Below are positions 18,663 to 28,381 of a DNA stretch of 64,000 bases, in pieces. The position numbers and the translations under genes were made by a program. The notes under the pieces were generated by a model. The model was given only the letters and a program-made list of their open reading frames with translations, did no database searches and was not told the DNA's origin. The DNA is taken from positions 3,938-67,937 of the forward strand of contig JAPPLN010000117.1 in the NCBI GenBank assembly GCA_028874175.1. Reading direction: 5' to 3'. This DNA is from Chloroflexota bacterium (GTDB taxonomy: Bacteria; Chloroflexota; UBA11872). How positions within the stretch are numbered: the stretch's first letter is position 1; every line of letters begins with the position of its first letter.

Positions 18663-20339
18663 CTAGACCTCAGTGACGATCGGCAAAATCACCGGTCGCC
18701 GCCGGGTCTCCCGGAACAACCGCCTCCCGAGTGCGTTCCGGATCTTCCTCTGTAGTTGCTCAGGGGATGCGTCCGCATGGTCGCCGGTGTCGACCACCGA
18801 CCTCACGGTGTCGCGAGCACGCTTCAGCAACTCGTCTTGAGCGTCCGATGCGTACACAAATCCCCTTGTGATGATATCCGGGTCTGTCAAGCATTGACCA
18901 GTGTGACGATCAATGTTGACAACGGTAATCACGAGACCGCCCTCAGCCAGGTGTCGACGGTCGCGAAGGGTGGCGTCGCTTTCCTCGCCAACGGTCAGGC
19001 CATCGACGTAGACGTTGCTTACTTCGGTCTCCCCAACGACGCTGATCTCGTCAGACGAGAGCTCGACGATGGACCCGGACTCGGCCACCAGCACGTGCTC
19101 GGCGTCCACGCCCACGCGCTCCGCGATGCGCCGGTGCTCCTCCAGGTGCCGATACTCGCCGTGGACCGGCATGAAGAATTTCGGTCGCAGGGCCGTGAGC
19201 ATGAATTTGAGGTCTTCCTGACCCGCGTGTCCCGAAACGTGCACCGGCAGCAGGCGCTCATAGAGCACGCTCGCGCCCTGGCGGGCCAGACGGTCGATGG
19301 TCTGATTTACGGCCTCTTCGTTGCCCGGAATGGCCGAAGCCGACACCACCACGGTGTCGTCAGGCAGCAAGTCGATAAAACGATGGTCGCGGTTGGCCAT
19401 TCGCACCAGGGCGGACCGAGGTTCGCCCTGGGATCCGGTGCAGATGATGGCCAGATCGTCGGCCGCATAGTCCCGCAGGTCGCGAGGATCAACCTCCATG
19501 GCGTCGTCGGGCACGTGCAGATAACCCAGGTCGCGGGCCACGCGGACGTTGCGCTCCATGCTGCGGCCCACGAAGCAGACGTGGCGGCCGTAGGCGTAGG
19601 CGGCGTCAACGACCTGCTGCACCCGCGAAATCAGGGACGAGAATGTAGCCACGATGATCCGGCCCGGCGCGTCGTTGAAGACCCGGTCGAACGTCTCGGC
19701 AATAACGGCTTCGGACGGCGTGTGCCCGGGCTGGTCGGCATAGGTGCTGTCCGACATCAGCAGCAGCACGCCTTCGTCGCCCAGGCGACCCAGGGTCTGG
19801 ATGTCGAGCGGGACGCCGTCCACCGGGGTGTGGTCGATCTTGAAGTCGCCGGTGTGGACGATGGTCCCGATGGGCGTGTGAATGGCCACGCCCATGGCGT
19901 CCGGAATGCTGTGGCAGACGTCGAAGAACTGGCAGCGGAAGGGACCGATGGTGACGGTTTCGCGCGCTTTGACCACGCGCAAATCCGCCTGGTCGCGTAG
20001 GCCCGGCTCTTCCAGCTTCACGCCCACCAGGCCAAGCGTGAGCTTGGAGCCGTAGATCGGAAGGTCAAATTCGGGCAGGGCATAAGGCAGCGCGCCAATG
20101 TGGTCTTCGTGACCGTGGGTAATGACGAAGGCGCGCAGCTTGTGGCGGATTTCGCGCAGGTAGTTGAAATTCGGCAACACAAGATCGACGCCGAGCATGT
20201 TGGCGTCGGGGAAGGTGATGCCGCAGTCGAGCACGATGGCGTCCTCGCCGTACTCGATAACCGTGCAGTTCTTGCCGATTTCGCCAATGCCGCCGATCGA
20301 GACGACGCGCACGACTCCGGCCGAAGATTCGCTTGTCAT
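18663..20339 (-). CDS. rnj: Ribonuclease J (metallo-beta-lactamase/beta-CASP)
   Basis: VVSIGGIGEIGKNCTVIEYGEDAIVLDCG…ITHGHEDHIGALPY, an HxHxDH motif. Confidence 0.9.
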   Translation of the reverse strand: MTSESSAGVVRVVSIGGIGEIGKNCTVIEYGEDAIVLDCGITFPDANMLGVDLVLPNFNYLREIRHKLRAFVITHGHEDHIGALPYALPEFDLPIYGSKLTLGLVGVKLEEPGLRDQADLRVVKARETVTIGPFRCQFFDVCHSIPDAMGVAIHTPIGTIVHTGDFKIDHTPVDGVPLDIQTLGRLGDEGVLLLMSDSTYADQPGHTPSEAVIAETFDRVFNDAPGRIIVATFSSLISRVQQVVDAAYAYGRHVCFVGRSMERNVRVARDLGYLHVPDDAMEVDPRDLRDYAADDLAIICTGSQGEPRSALVRMANRDHRFIDLLPDDTVVVSASAIPGNEEAVNQTIDRLARQGASVLYERLLPVHVSGHAGQEDLKFMLTALRPKFFMPVHGEYRHLEEHRRIAERVGVDAEHVLVAESGSIVELSSDEISVVGETEVSNVYVDGLTVGEESDATLRDRRHLAEGGLVITVVNIDRHTGQCLTDPDIITRGFVYASDAQDELLKRARDTVRSVVDTGDHADASPEQLQRKIRNALGRRLFRETRRRPVILPIVTEV

Positions 20340-20364
20340 GGGTGAAATTCCGGTGGTTGGTGGG

Positions 20365-20991
20365 TCAGGCGAAGAGTGAGAGTTGCTGCGTGTCAGGCGG
20401 TGGCGGCGGGTCGGGTTCGACCTCGGTGGCGTCGGCCAGCAGCTTGGGAATCATCTGGAAATCCTGCGACAGGATGTCGCGCAACCGTAGTTGCCGCAGC
20501 GCCGCCGCCGGATGGTAGACGGGGAGGTACACACGGCCGTGCAGCCGCCGCGCCACGCCGCGGGCCCGCGAAATGCGCGCCTCAGGGAAGAAGGCGTTGA
20601 GCGCGTGGCGACCCAGCAGTACGACCAGGTCGGGGCTGATCAGCTCGAGTTGCTGGTCCAAGTAGGGCCGGCAGGCCTCCGCCTCGTCCGGCAGTGGATC
20701 CCGATTGTTGGGCGGCCGGCATTTCAAGACGTTGGCGATGAAGATGTCGGCCCGGGCCATGCCGATGCCCTGGATCAGTTCGTCCAGCATCTGCCCGGCC
20801 TGTCCCACGAACGGTCGGCCGAGCCGGTCCTCGTGGAAGCCGGGTCCCTCGCCGATGAAGACGACGCGCGCCGTTGGCGAACCCTCGCCGGGGACCGCGT
20901 TGTTTCGGCCGCGGTGCAAGCCGCACCGCTCACAGGCTCGAACGACCGACGCAAGACTCGCGAGATCCGGGAAAGTCGGAAGGCCGATCAC
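20365..20991 (-). CDS. Uracil-DNA glycosylase, family 4
   Basis: CERCGL…, GEGPG, and C-terminal YHPAAALR motifs typical of family-4 UDG. Confidence 0.85.
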   Translation of the reverse strand: MIGLPTFPDLASLASVVRACERCGLHRGRNNAVPGEGSPTARVVFIGEGPGFHEDRLGRPFVGQAGQMLDELIQGIGMARADIFIANVLKCRPPNNRDPLPDEAEACRPYLDQQLELISPDLVVLLGRHALNAFFPEARISRARGVARRLHGRVYLPVYHPAAALRQLRLRDILSQDFQMIPKLLADATEVEPDPPPPPDTQQLSLFA

Positions 20992-20994
20992 GCG

Positions 20995-21912
20995 CTACGC
21001 ATGCACCGCGGCGGGCTGGAGGAAGGCGTCCAGTTCGTAGAGGTCGAGCACCGACTTGAGGTCTTCCTGCATAGCCGCCGGGAACTCGATTAGCGGCGAG
21101 CGTGGGACACCCACTGAAAAACCGCTCAGATTCACGGCCGCCTTGACGGCGATGGGGTTGGGCCAACCGGCGGGGAACAGCGCGCGAGCGATCGGCAACA
21201 GGTGCAGATGCTTCTTGCGTGCCGTCTCGAGGTCGCCTTCCACGAAGGCGTCAATCATGTCGCGGGTTTCGCCGCTCACGACATGCGACTGGACGCTCAC
21301 GACGCCCACACCGCCCAGGGCCATGAGCAGGTAGGTGTCGCTGTCGTTGCCGCTGTAAATGTCGAACCCGTCTTCGGCCGTGCGGGCGATCTCGGCGATC
21401 TGGTCGAAGTCCCCGCTGGCCTCCTTGACGGCCACGATGTTGTCCACGGCGCTCAGGCGCGCCACGGTGTCGGCGGTCATGTTGAGGCTGGTGCGGGCGG
21501 GCACGTTGTAGAGCATGTTGGGCAGGGGCGTGGCCTCGGCAATGGTTTCGAAGTGGAGGACCAACCCGTCCTGCGGCGGCTTGTTGTAGTACGGCGTGAC
21601 CTGCAGGAGGCCGTGGACGCCGATCTCGGCGGCTTCGCGCGACAGGTGCACGCTTTCGGCGGTGTTGTAGCCGCCGGTGCCCGCGATCACCAGGGCGCGG
21701 TCACCCACGGCCGACAGCGCTTCGCGGTAGAGATTGAAGCGTTCGTCGTCACTGAGCACCGGCGACTCGCCGGTGGTGCCGGTGACGACCACCGCGTCGT
21801 TGCCCGCGTCGACCAGCCCGGAGACAAGGCGTCCGAACGTGTCGTAGTCCACCGATCCGTCGTCGGCGAACGGAGTAATCACCGCGGTGATGAGCCGGCC
21901 AAAGGTCAACAT
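20995..21912 (-). CDS. dapA: 4-hydroxy-tetrahydrodipicolinate synthase
   Basis: ITAVITPF…VVTGTTGESPVLS…NVPARTSLNM, a canonical DapA. Confidence 0.9.
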   Translation of the reverse strand: MLTFGRLITAVITPFADDGSVDYDTFGRLVSGLVDAGNDAVVVTGTTGESPVLSDDERFNLYREALSAVGDRALVIAGTGGYNTAESVHLSREAAEIGVHGLLQVTPYYNKPPQDGLVLHFETIAEATPLPNMLYNVPARTSLNMTADTVARLSAVDNIVAVKEASGDFDQIAEIARTAEDGFDIYSGNDSDTYLLMALGGVGVVSVQSHVVSGETRDMIDAFVEGDLETARKKHLHLLPIARALFPAGWPNPIAVKAAVNLSGFSVGVPRSPLIEFPAAMQEDLKSVLDLYELDAFLQPAAVHA

Positions 21913-22042
21913 GCGACAGCCTCCGCCCGCAGCCGTACGAGTGGCCGCGATACGCCGTGCTGTAAGGGTTGATTGTACCTAGCGGCCAGGACGGGACTTC
22001 CGCGTGCGGCTGGCCGCTATTGAATGGCTGCGATTAGCGCCG

Positions 22043-22537
22043 TCAGGCGGGAGCCGGCGCGCTCGCTGGCGCGGACGGTCGCGGATCATCGACCGCCGGG
22101 GAACCCGACTCGGCGAGGGCTGGCTGGCCTGACGGATCGCCCGCTGGCCGGGTGCGTTGCTCAATGCTCGACAAGGTGGCCAGCATGGCTTGCTGCGTGG
22201 CCTCCATGCGTGCGATGACCTGAACAAGCTCGTACTGACGCGCCTCTAGGGTGTTCATACGAGCCACCAGACGCTCCATTCGGGCTTCCAACTGGTCCAT
22301 GCGAGCGTTCAGTCGGTCCATGCGAGCGCTCAAGCGTTCAATGCGGTCACTGATACGGCCCATGCGGGCACTCAGTCGATCCATTCGGTCGCTGAGACGC
22401 CCGTCCATGGCGTCCATGCGGGCGCTTAGGCGGTTCTCAAGTCTCAGAATCAGGCCGACAACCGCGCCGGCGGTGGCTAGCCCGCCCACAACCAGCGTCG
22501 CGCCAACGCTCAGGATGCCGACCAACTCGGCGCTCAT
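22043..22537 (-). CDS. Membrane-anchored heptad-repeat coiled-coil protein (nine RLSARMD-type heptads) with a Pro/Ala/Ser-rich tail
   Basis: The start at 22537 gives MSAELVGILSVGATLVVGGLATAGAVVGLIL (one TM). It is followed by ENRLSARMDAMDGRLSDRMDRLSARMGRISDRIERLSARMDRLNARMDQLEARMERLVARMNTLEAR. Confidence 0.6.
   Translation of the reverse strand: MSAELVGILSVGATLVVGGLATAGAVVGLILRLENRLSARMDAMDGRLSDRMDRLSARMGRISDRIERLSARMDRLNARMDQLEARMERLVARMNTLEARQYELVQVIARMEATQQAMLATLSSIEQRTRPAGDPSGQPALAESGSPAVDDPRPSAPASAPAPA
22252..22447. repeat. Approximately 21-nt tandem DNA repeats (GTCCATGCGAGCGYTCA-like) encoding the heptad array
   Basis: The periodicity is visible in 22260..22440: gtccatgcgagcgttcagtcggtccatgcgagcgctcaagcgttcaatgcggtcactgatacggcccatgcgggcactcagtcgatccattcggtcgctgag. 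Confidence 0.6.
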
Positions 22538-22675
22538 GGCGAGTGGTCGTTGCTTCCGATGCGCGATTTGACAGGGCGACTGTAGCACGAGCGACTCTCG
22601 GACCACTCTGCGGGTAATGCCGATGCGGACGCGTCAATGTCACCAGCGGCACGCACCGCTGCGACGGTAACGGCT

Positions 22676-23500
22676 CTACCAGTTGACCCGGCGGCTGAAG
22701 TAGCGGTGCCAGCGGCGCCAGACGCCCTTGCCGTAGAACTGCTCTTCCTGGCGCTCGATGATGACGGCCTCGGTGGTAAGAATCTGCGAGGCCAGGCCGG
22801 CGGCGTTGTAGGGGCTGAGCGCCTTCAGGATGTCGGGGAAGGCGGAACGCCACAGCGAGCGGAACAGTAGGAGCCCCAGCGTTAGCAGGAAAAGCACGGG
22901 CACTGCGCTCGATTCGCGCAAGTACGGGGCCAGCGCCAGCAGCAGCGGAGCCAGCATGGCCACCCAGAGAAGGATTTCAAGCTGCGTGTTAATGCGCCGC
23001 GCCCGGCGGCGATGGGCAAAGGTGTAGGGCGCGCGCTGCCGCTCAAAGCGCGCCCGCTCCAGCAGGGCCAATCCCGCGCCCATCACGCCAAACACCGCGG
23101 ATATCACCAGGCCGGCGGCAATAATTACGCCGCCCGGCGTCCCGACCGGCGGGCCGTCGCGTTCCCGAGGAATCTGCTCCTCGGCCACCGCCCGGCTGCC
23201 CTTGCCCTCGGGGTCAATCAGCAACTCCACCACGCCGGAGGCGACGATCATGACGATGAAGATCGCCAGCGCCGCCAGCAGCACCCCCATACCCGCAAGA
23301 AACCCGGCTTTGAGGAGATCAAACGTCGGCGTCCGGGCCGCGCGGATTTCCTCCAGGTAGATGTCCAGCTCTTCCTGCGAGGCCTCGGGCGACATGCCGG
23401 CCCGCACCAGCGCCTGCTGGGCCTGGCGGTAGTCGTCACGACGGTCCGCCGGACGCTTGACCGCGCGCCACCACGACTGAATCGAGTACAGCACACCCAT
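22676..23500 (-). CDS. Hypothetical polytopic membrane protein
   Basis: 274 aa with four or more hydrophobic helices. It lies between asd and the coiled-coil gene on the same strand. Confidence 0.5.
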   Translation of the reverse strand: MGVLYSIQSWWRAVKRPADRRDDYRQAQQALVRAGMSPEASQEELDIYLEEIRAARTPTFDLLKAGFLAGMGVLLAALAIFIVMIVASGVVELLIDPEGKGSRAVAEEQIPRERDGPPVGTPGGVIIAAGLVISAVFGVMGAGLALLERARFERQRAPYTFAHRRRARRINTQLEILLWVAMLAPLLLALAPYLRESSAVPVLFLLTLGLLLFRSLWRSAFPDILKALSPYNAAGLASQILTTEAVIIERQEEQFYGKGVWRRWHRYFSRRVNW

Positions 23501-23566
23501 GACGCCATCCTAGCCGGGACGGCGTTGACCCTCAGCCAGTGACTGGCCACCAGGGAAGCCTGAGGC

Positions 23567-24586
23567 TCAGACGAGCCCCTGCTCGATCATCGACTCGGCG
23601 ATCTGAATCGAGTTGGTGGCCGCGCCCTTGCGCAGGTTGTCGGAGACGACCCAGAAGACCAAGCCGTTGGGGTGCGACATGTCCTGCCGAATCCGGCCGA
23701 CCCAGGTGGTGTCGTTGCCTTCGGCGGTCATGGGCATGGGGTAGACCTCGGCGGCCAGGTCGTCCACGATCTCAACGCCGGGGACGTCTTCCAGCAGCGA
23801 GCGGGCCAGGTCGGCGTCAATCGGATCGCTGAATTCGGCGTGAACGGCAGCCGAGTGCGCTCGGAATACCGGCACGCGCACACAGGTCGCGGACACGGCC
23901 AACTCGGGAATGTGCATGATCTTGCGCGTCTCCGCCGAGACCTTCCATTCCTCCTTGGAGTAGCCGTCGTCACGCGGATCGTCGATGGAGGGAATCAGGT
24001 TGGACGCGATCGGGTGCGGGAACACGTCCGGCTCCAACTCGGCGCCGTTGGACATGGCGGCGCTCTGCTCGGCCAGTTCGCCCATGGCGCTTCCGCCCGC
24101 GCCGGAGACCGACTGGTAGGTGTCGGCAATCACGCGCCGCACGGGGCTGTGCTCGTGCAGCGGCGCCAGGACCTGGACGATTGGCGTAGTGGAACAGTTG
24201 GGGATCGCCACGATGCCCTTGTGCTCCTTCAGGTCTTCGGCGTTCACCTCGGGAACTACGAGCGGCACATCGTCGTCGTAGCGGAAGGCGGAACTGTCGT
24301 CGATGGCGATGACGCCGGCAGCGGCGACCCGCGGCGCCACGGCCCGGCTGATCGAGCCAGACGCGGAGATCAGGACAAAGTTCAGGCCCGAGAAGTCGCT
24401 GTCGTCGTCCAGAACCATCACGGTGTGGGACTCGCCGTTAAATTCGATCTGCTTGCCGCGACTGCGCTCCGAGGCCCACAGGCGCAACTCACCAACCGGG
24501 AAGTTGCGCTCCTCCATCACGCTCAGGAACTCGCGGCCCACGGCGCCGGTGGCGCCAACAACCCCGATACCAAAACTGCGGCTCAT
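23567..24586 (-). CDS. asd: Aspartate-semialdehyde dehydrogenase
   Basis: GIGVVGATGAVG N-terminus and the active-site region NCSTTPIVQVLAPLH. Confidence 0.9.
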   Translation of the reverse strand: MSRSFGIGVVGATGAVGREFLSVMEERNFPVGELRLWASERSRGKQIEFNGESHTVMVLDDDSDFSGLNFVLISASGSISRAVAPRVAAAGVIAIDDSSAFRYDDDVPLVVPEVNAEDLKEHKGIVAIPNCSTTPIVQVLAPLHEHSPVRRVIADTYQSVSGAGGSAMGELAEQSAAMSNGAELEPDVFPHPIASNLIPSIDDPRDDGYSKEEWKVSAETRKIMHIPELAVSATCVRVPVFRAHSAAVHAEFSDPIDADLARSLLEDVPGVEIVDDLAAEVYPMPMTAEGNDTTWVGRIRQDMSHPNGLVFWVVSDNLRKGAATNSIQIAESMIEQGLV

Positions 24587-25377
24587 GCGTCGTCACTTTC
24601 CTCAAAGAGCAGGTGCTCAAGGCCTATGACCAGGCCGGGCAAGTCTCGCACCCGGCGGGCTGCCATCAACACGCCGGGCATAAACGAATCGCGGCTCGTG
24701 GAGTCATGTCGAATGGTAAGCGTCTGACCGAGCGCCCCAAAGATCACTTCCTGGTGGGCCACGAACCCGGGCAGCCGCACGCTGTGCACGCGCACGCCGT
24801 GATTCACACCGCCTCGAACTCCGGGCAGGGTGAAGCGCTCCGTGGGCGCGTCGATGGCCGCCCGGCCATCGCGGGCCTGGGCGATGAGTTCGGCCGTGTG
24901 AGCGGCCGTGCCCGAGGGAGCGTCGATCTTCTGGTCGTGGTGGAGCTCGATCACCTCAACGTGGTCAAGATGCGGCGCGGCCAGTTGCGCCATCGCCATC
25001 ATCAGGACTGCGCCAATGGCGAAATTTGGCGCGATAAAGGCGCCCACGCCTTCGCCTTCGGCGGCTGCGCGAATCGCATCGATCTGGTCCGGGGACATCC
25101 CCGTAGTTCCGATAACGGGTGAGACGCCCGCCGAAATGGCCATCAAGGCATTCTCCGCAGCCGCGTCGGCCACGGTGAAATCAACGGCGACGTCCGGCTG
25201 GGTCTCGCGGATGGCCGTCGCCACGTCCGTGAACCACGAAAAGTCGACGTCCCGGTCCATCTGGTCGACTCCCGCCGCGAGTTCCATGTCGGGAGCGCCG
25301 TTCACGGCATCCACCACCGTCTGCCCCACGCGGCCGGAGGCCCCGAACACGATGATTCGCAACGGCGATCCCATCAC
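24583..25377 (-). CDS. dapB: 4-hydroxy-tetrahydrodipicolinate reductase
   Basis: LRIIVFGASGRVG and ELHHDQKIDAPSGTA motifs. There is a 4-nt overlap with asd. Confidence 0.9.
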   Translation of the reverse strand: MMGSPLRIIVFGASGRVGQTVVDAVNGAPDMELAAGVDQMDRDVDFSWFTDVATAIRETQPDVAVDFTVADAAAENALMAISAGVSPVIGTTGMSPDQIDAIRAAAEGEGVGAFIAPNFAIGAVLMMAMAQLAAPHLDHVEVIELHHDQKIDAPSGTAAHTAELIAQARDGRAAIDAPTERFTLPGVRGGVNHGVRVHSVRLPGFVAHQEVIFGALGQTLTIRHDSTSRDSFMPGVLMAARRVRDLPGLVIGLEHLLFEESDDA

Positions 25378-25386
25378 AGCGCTCCT

Positions 25387-27654
25387 CTAGTCCCGGTAGC
25401 GGGGCCGCCTCGGTCCGCGACCGCCGCCACCGCCGCCACGGCCACCACGGCCATTGCGGTCAAAGCGTCCTCGGCCACCACGACCGTCGCGTCCGCCGCC
25501 GTCTCGGCGCGGACCGCCACGTCCGCCGCCGCGCGGGGCGGGGGCGGCGGAAGCCAGCGTCTCCTCCGGCGAGAGTCCCATCAGGACGGCCCGCCGCGAC
25601 AGGTTGACGCGGCCCTGGTCGTCGGTCTCGATGACCATCACCATGATGTCGTCGCCGACGTTGACCACGTCCTCGATCATCCCGGGCGGTTCCTCGGCCA
25701 GTTCGTGGCGCGGGACCAGACCCTCGCGACCGGGCATGAACTCGACCATAGCGCCGAAGCCGAAGATGCGGGTCACCTTGCCGAGCATGGTGCGGCCGGC
25801 GTCGATTTCACCGGTCATGTCCCGGATCATCTGGACGGCCTGCTCAGCGCCCTCGCGTGACGGCGATCCGACCATGATGGTGCCGTCTTCCTGGATGTCG
25901 ATCGACGCGCCGGTGTCGGCTTCCAGCTGGCGGATCATGCGACCGCCCGGGCCGATCACCGCGCCGATCTGGTCGGGGCTGATCTGGGTTCGGACGATCT
26001 TGGGCGCGTACTCGCCCACGTCGTCACGCGGCGCCGCCAGGGCGCCGCCCATGACTTCCAGGATCTTCATTCGAGCATCGCGTCCGCGTCGAACCGCCAG
26101 CTCCACGATTTCCGGCGTGAGGTACTTGACCTTGATGTCAAGCTGGATCGCGGTGATGCCCTTCTCGGTGCCGGCGACCTTGAAGTCCATGTCGCCAAAG
26201 TGGTCTTCCGCGCCCTGAATGTCGGTCAGCACCTTGAAGGCGCCGTCGTCCGAAGTGACCAGGCCCATCGAAATGCCGGCCACCGAGGCGCTGATAGGGA
26301 CGCCGGCGTCCAGCAGCGCCAGTGTGCTACCGCAGGTGGAGGCCATCGAGGTTGAACCGTTGGAGGACAAGACCTCGGACACCACGCGCATGGAGTAGGG
26401 AAACTCCTCGTAGCTCGGCACCACGGGCAGCAGCGCGCGCTCAGCCAGGGCGCCGTGCCCGATTTCGCGGCGGCGAGGCGAGCCAAGCCGCCCGGCCTCG
26501 CCGGAGGCGAAGGGCGGCATGTTGTAGTGGTGCATGTAGCGCTTGGGCTGGACCAGTTCCTCCAGGTCGCTCAGGCCGATCTTCTGCTCGTCGCGCTGGT
26601 TGCCCAGCGTCACGATCGAGAGCACCTGGGTCTCGCCGCGCTCAAACAAACCGGTGCCATGGGTGCGCGGCAGGATCCCCACGTCCGCGGTCAAGGTGCG
26701 AAGCGCGTCGTCGGGGCGCCCATCCGGCCGGATGCCGTCGTCCACGATCGCGCGGCGCGTGTAGGCGCTCTCCAGATCGTGCAGCGCCTCGCCAACATCG
26801 CCGGCCTCGTGCTCGCCGTCGAAGGCGGCGACAGCCTCGGCCTGTATTGAAGCCAGCCGCTCGCCGCGGGCATCACGGTCGGTGACGCGCGTGGCCTCGG
26901 CCAGAGCGGCGCCGAACCGGGCGTCCACGGCCTTGAGAACTGCGGGGTCGAGCATTTCGGTCTTAATCTCGCGCGGCTCGGGCTTCACCAGGTCGCGGAG
27001 CTGAAGCTGCAGGTCGATAGCCGCCTGCAACTGCTCCTGACCCCAGGCAATGGCGCGGATCATCGTGTCGTCGTCGACTTCGCGGGCGCCGGCCTCGAGC
27101 ATGACCACGCCGTCACGGGTCCCGGAAACCACCAGGTCCAGGTCGCCGTTGGCGTTGTCCTCGATGGTGGGATTCAGCGTGAACTCGCCGTCGCGCAGAC
27201 CCACGCGCACCGCGCTCACCGGCCCTTCGAACGGGATGCCGGAAATCATCAGCGCGGCCGATGCCGCAATGGTGCCGATAACGTCGGTTTCGGCCGTGCG
27301 GTCGTGCGAGAGCACGGTCAGGATGATCTGGACCTCGTTGCGCATGCCCTTGGGGAAGAGCGGCCGCAACGGGCGGTCGGTGAGCCGGGAGGCAAGGATT
27401 CCTGCCAGCGGCGGGCGCCCCTCGCGCCGGAACACGCTGCCCGGAATCTTGCCGATTGAATAGCTGCGCTCCTCGTAGTCCACGGAGAGCGGGAAGTAGT
27501 CAATCCCCTCGCGCAGGCGGTCGGACATCACGACGGTGCCGAGGATCACGGCATCGCCGTAGGTCACCACGACGGCGCCGTCCGCCTGCTGGGCCAGGCG
27601 ACCGGTCTCGAACGCGAGCCGGCGCCCCCCGAATTGGGTCTCAACGGTATGCAT
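25387..27654 (-). CDS. pnp: Polynucleotide phosphorylase with a Gly/Arg-rich (RGG-like) C-terminal extension
   Basis: Two RNase PH domains, then KH and S1 domains. The start at 27654 gives MHTVETQFGG. The C-terminal 50 aa is GGGRGGPRRDGGGRDGRGGRGRFDRNGRGGRGGGGGGRGPRRPRYRD. Confidence 0.95.
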   Translation of the reverse strand: MHTVETQFGGRRLAFETGRLAQQADGAVVVTYGDAVILGTVVMSDRLREGIDYFPLSVDYEERSYSIGKIPGSVFRREGRPPLAGILASRLTDRPLRPLFPKGMRNEVQIILTVLSHDRTAETDVIGTIAASAALMISGIPFEGPVSAVRVGLRDGEFTLNPTIEDNANGDLDLVVSGTRDGVVMLEAGAREVDDDTMIRAIAWGQEQLQAAIDLQLQLRDLVKPEPREIKTEMLDPAVLKAVDARFGAALAEATRVTDRDARGERLASIQAEAVAAFDGEHEAGDVGEALHDLESAYTRRAIVDDGIRPDGRPDDALRTLTADVGILPRTHGTGLFERGETQVLSIVTLGNQRDEQKIGLSDLEELVQPKRYMHHYNMPPFASGEAGRLGSPRRREIGHGALAERALLPVVPSYEEFPYSMRVVSEVLSSNGSTSMASTCGSTLALLDAGVPISASVAGISMGLVTSDDGAFKVLTDIQGAEDHFGDMDFKVAGTEKGITAIQLDIKVKYLTPEIVELAVRRGRDARMKILEVMGGALAAPRDDVGEYAPKIVRTQISPDQIGAVIGPGGRMIRQLEADTGASIDIQEDGTIMVGSPSREGAEQAVQMIRDMTGEIDAGRTMLGKVTRIFGFGAMVEFMPGREGLVPRHELAEEPPGMIEDVVNVGDDIMVMVIETDDQGRVNLSRRAVLMGLSPEETLASAAPAPRGGGRGGPRRDGGGRDGRGGRGRFDRNGRGGRGGGGGGRGPRRPRYRD

Positions 27655-27769
27655 ACAGGTCACTCCTCGCCGGCGGTCTGGACGAAGAGCGAAGAAGCGA
27701 GCCCGCAACCGGCGTTGCGCCCTCGGTTCTTGGCTCTTCCGTCAGGTCCCGTCGGCGTTCTGATCCGAA

Positions 27770-27815
27770 GCCGTTTACAACAAAGAAAAGCGGCCCGGCT
27801 TCGAAGGGGACCGCT
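27770..27815 (-). terminator. Intrinsic terminator-like hairpin plus U-tract downstream of rpsO, in the rpsO-pnp intergenic leader
   Basis: Minus strand: AGCGGUCCCCUUCGAAGCCGGGCCGCU (about 8-bp stem) followed by UUUCUUUGUUGU. Confidence 0.5.
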
Positions 27816-27881
27816 GATCAATCCGTGCGGGCTCGCCGCGCCTGAGGCGGCTTGCCGCGTATCGCCAGGTATTCACGCGCG

Positions 27882-28154
27882 TTAGCGCCGCGCTCGAATC
27901 TGCAGCTTGTCGATCACCTGCCGGTAGCGCTCGGGATCCCGATCTTGCAGGTATTTCAGCAGCCGCCGCCGTCGGCCGACCATCTTGAGCAGTCCGTAGC
28001 GCGAGTGCTTGTCCTTCTTGTGCTGCTTGAGATGTTCGGTGAGCTCTTCGATTCGGGCGCTGAGCAGCGCGATTTGCACCGGCGCGGAGCCGGTGTCGTC
28101 GGAATTGAGGCGAAGCTCGTCAATGAGTTCGCGCTTGGGAGAGGTAACGACCAT
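27882..28154 (-). CDS. rpsO: 30S ribosomal protein S15
   Basis: The start at 28154 gives [69 protein letters not shown], the S15 signature. Confidence 0.9.
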   Translation of the reverse strand: MVVTSPKRELIDELRLNSDDTGSAPVQIALLSARIEELTEHLKQHKKDKHSRYGLLKMVGRRRRLLKYLQDRDPERYRQVIDKLQIRARR

Positions 28155-28381
28155 ACGTGGTATTCGATCTCGCCGACCCTGCGCGGGCCGCTGCGTCTCG
28201 GAAGGGAGGCGTCCAATGCGCCGCCCGAATTTCGTAAGTGTAGCGCACGGCAACGGCTCGAGAACCGGATTATCGAAGAGCGTGCACTACAACGTTGCGC
28301 AGCATATTTTGGCTCGATAAACTAGTTTGCGACACAAACTTAGGAGCGGTGCACGGCCGCAGCATGCCTGGGAGACACGAC

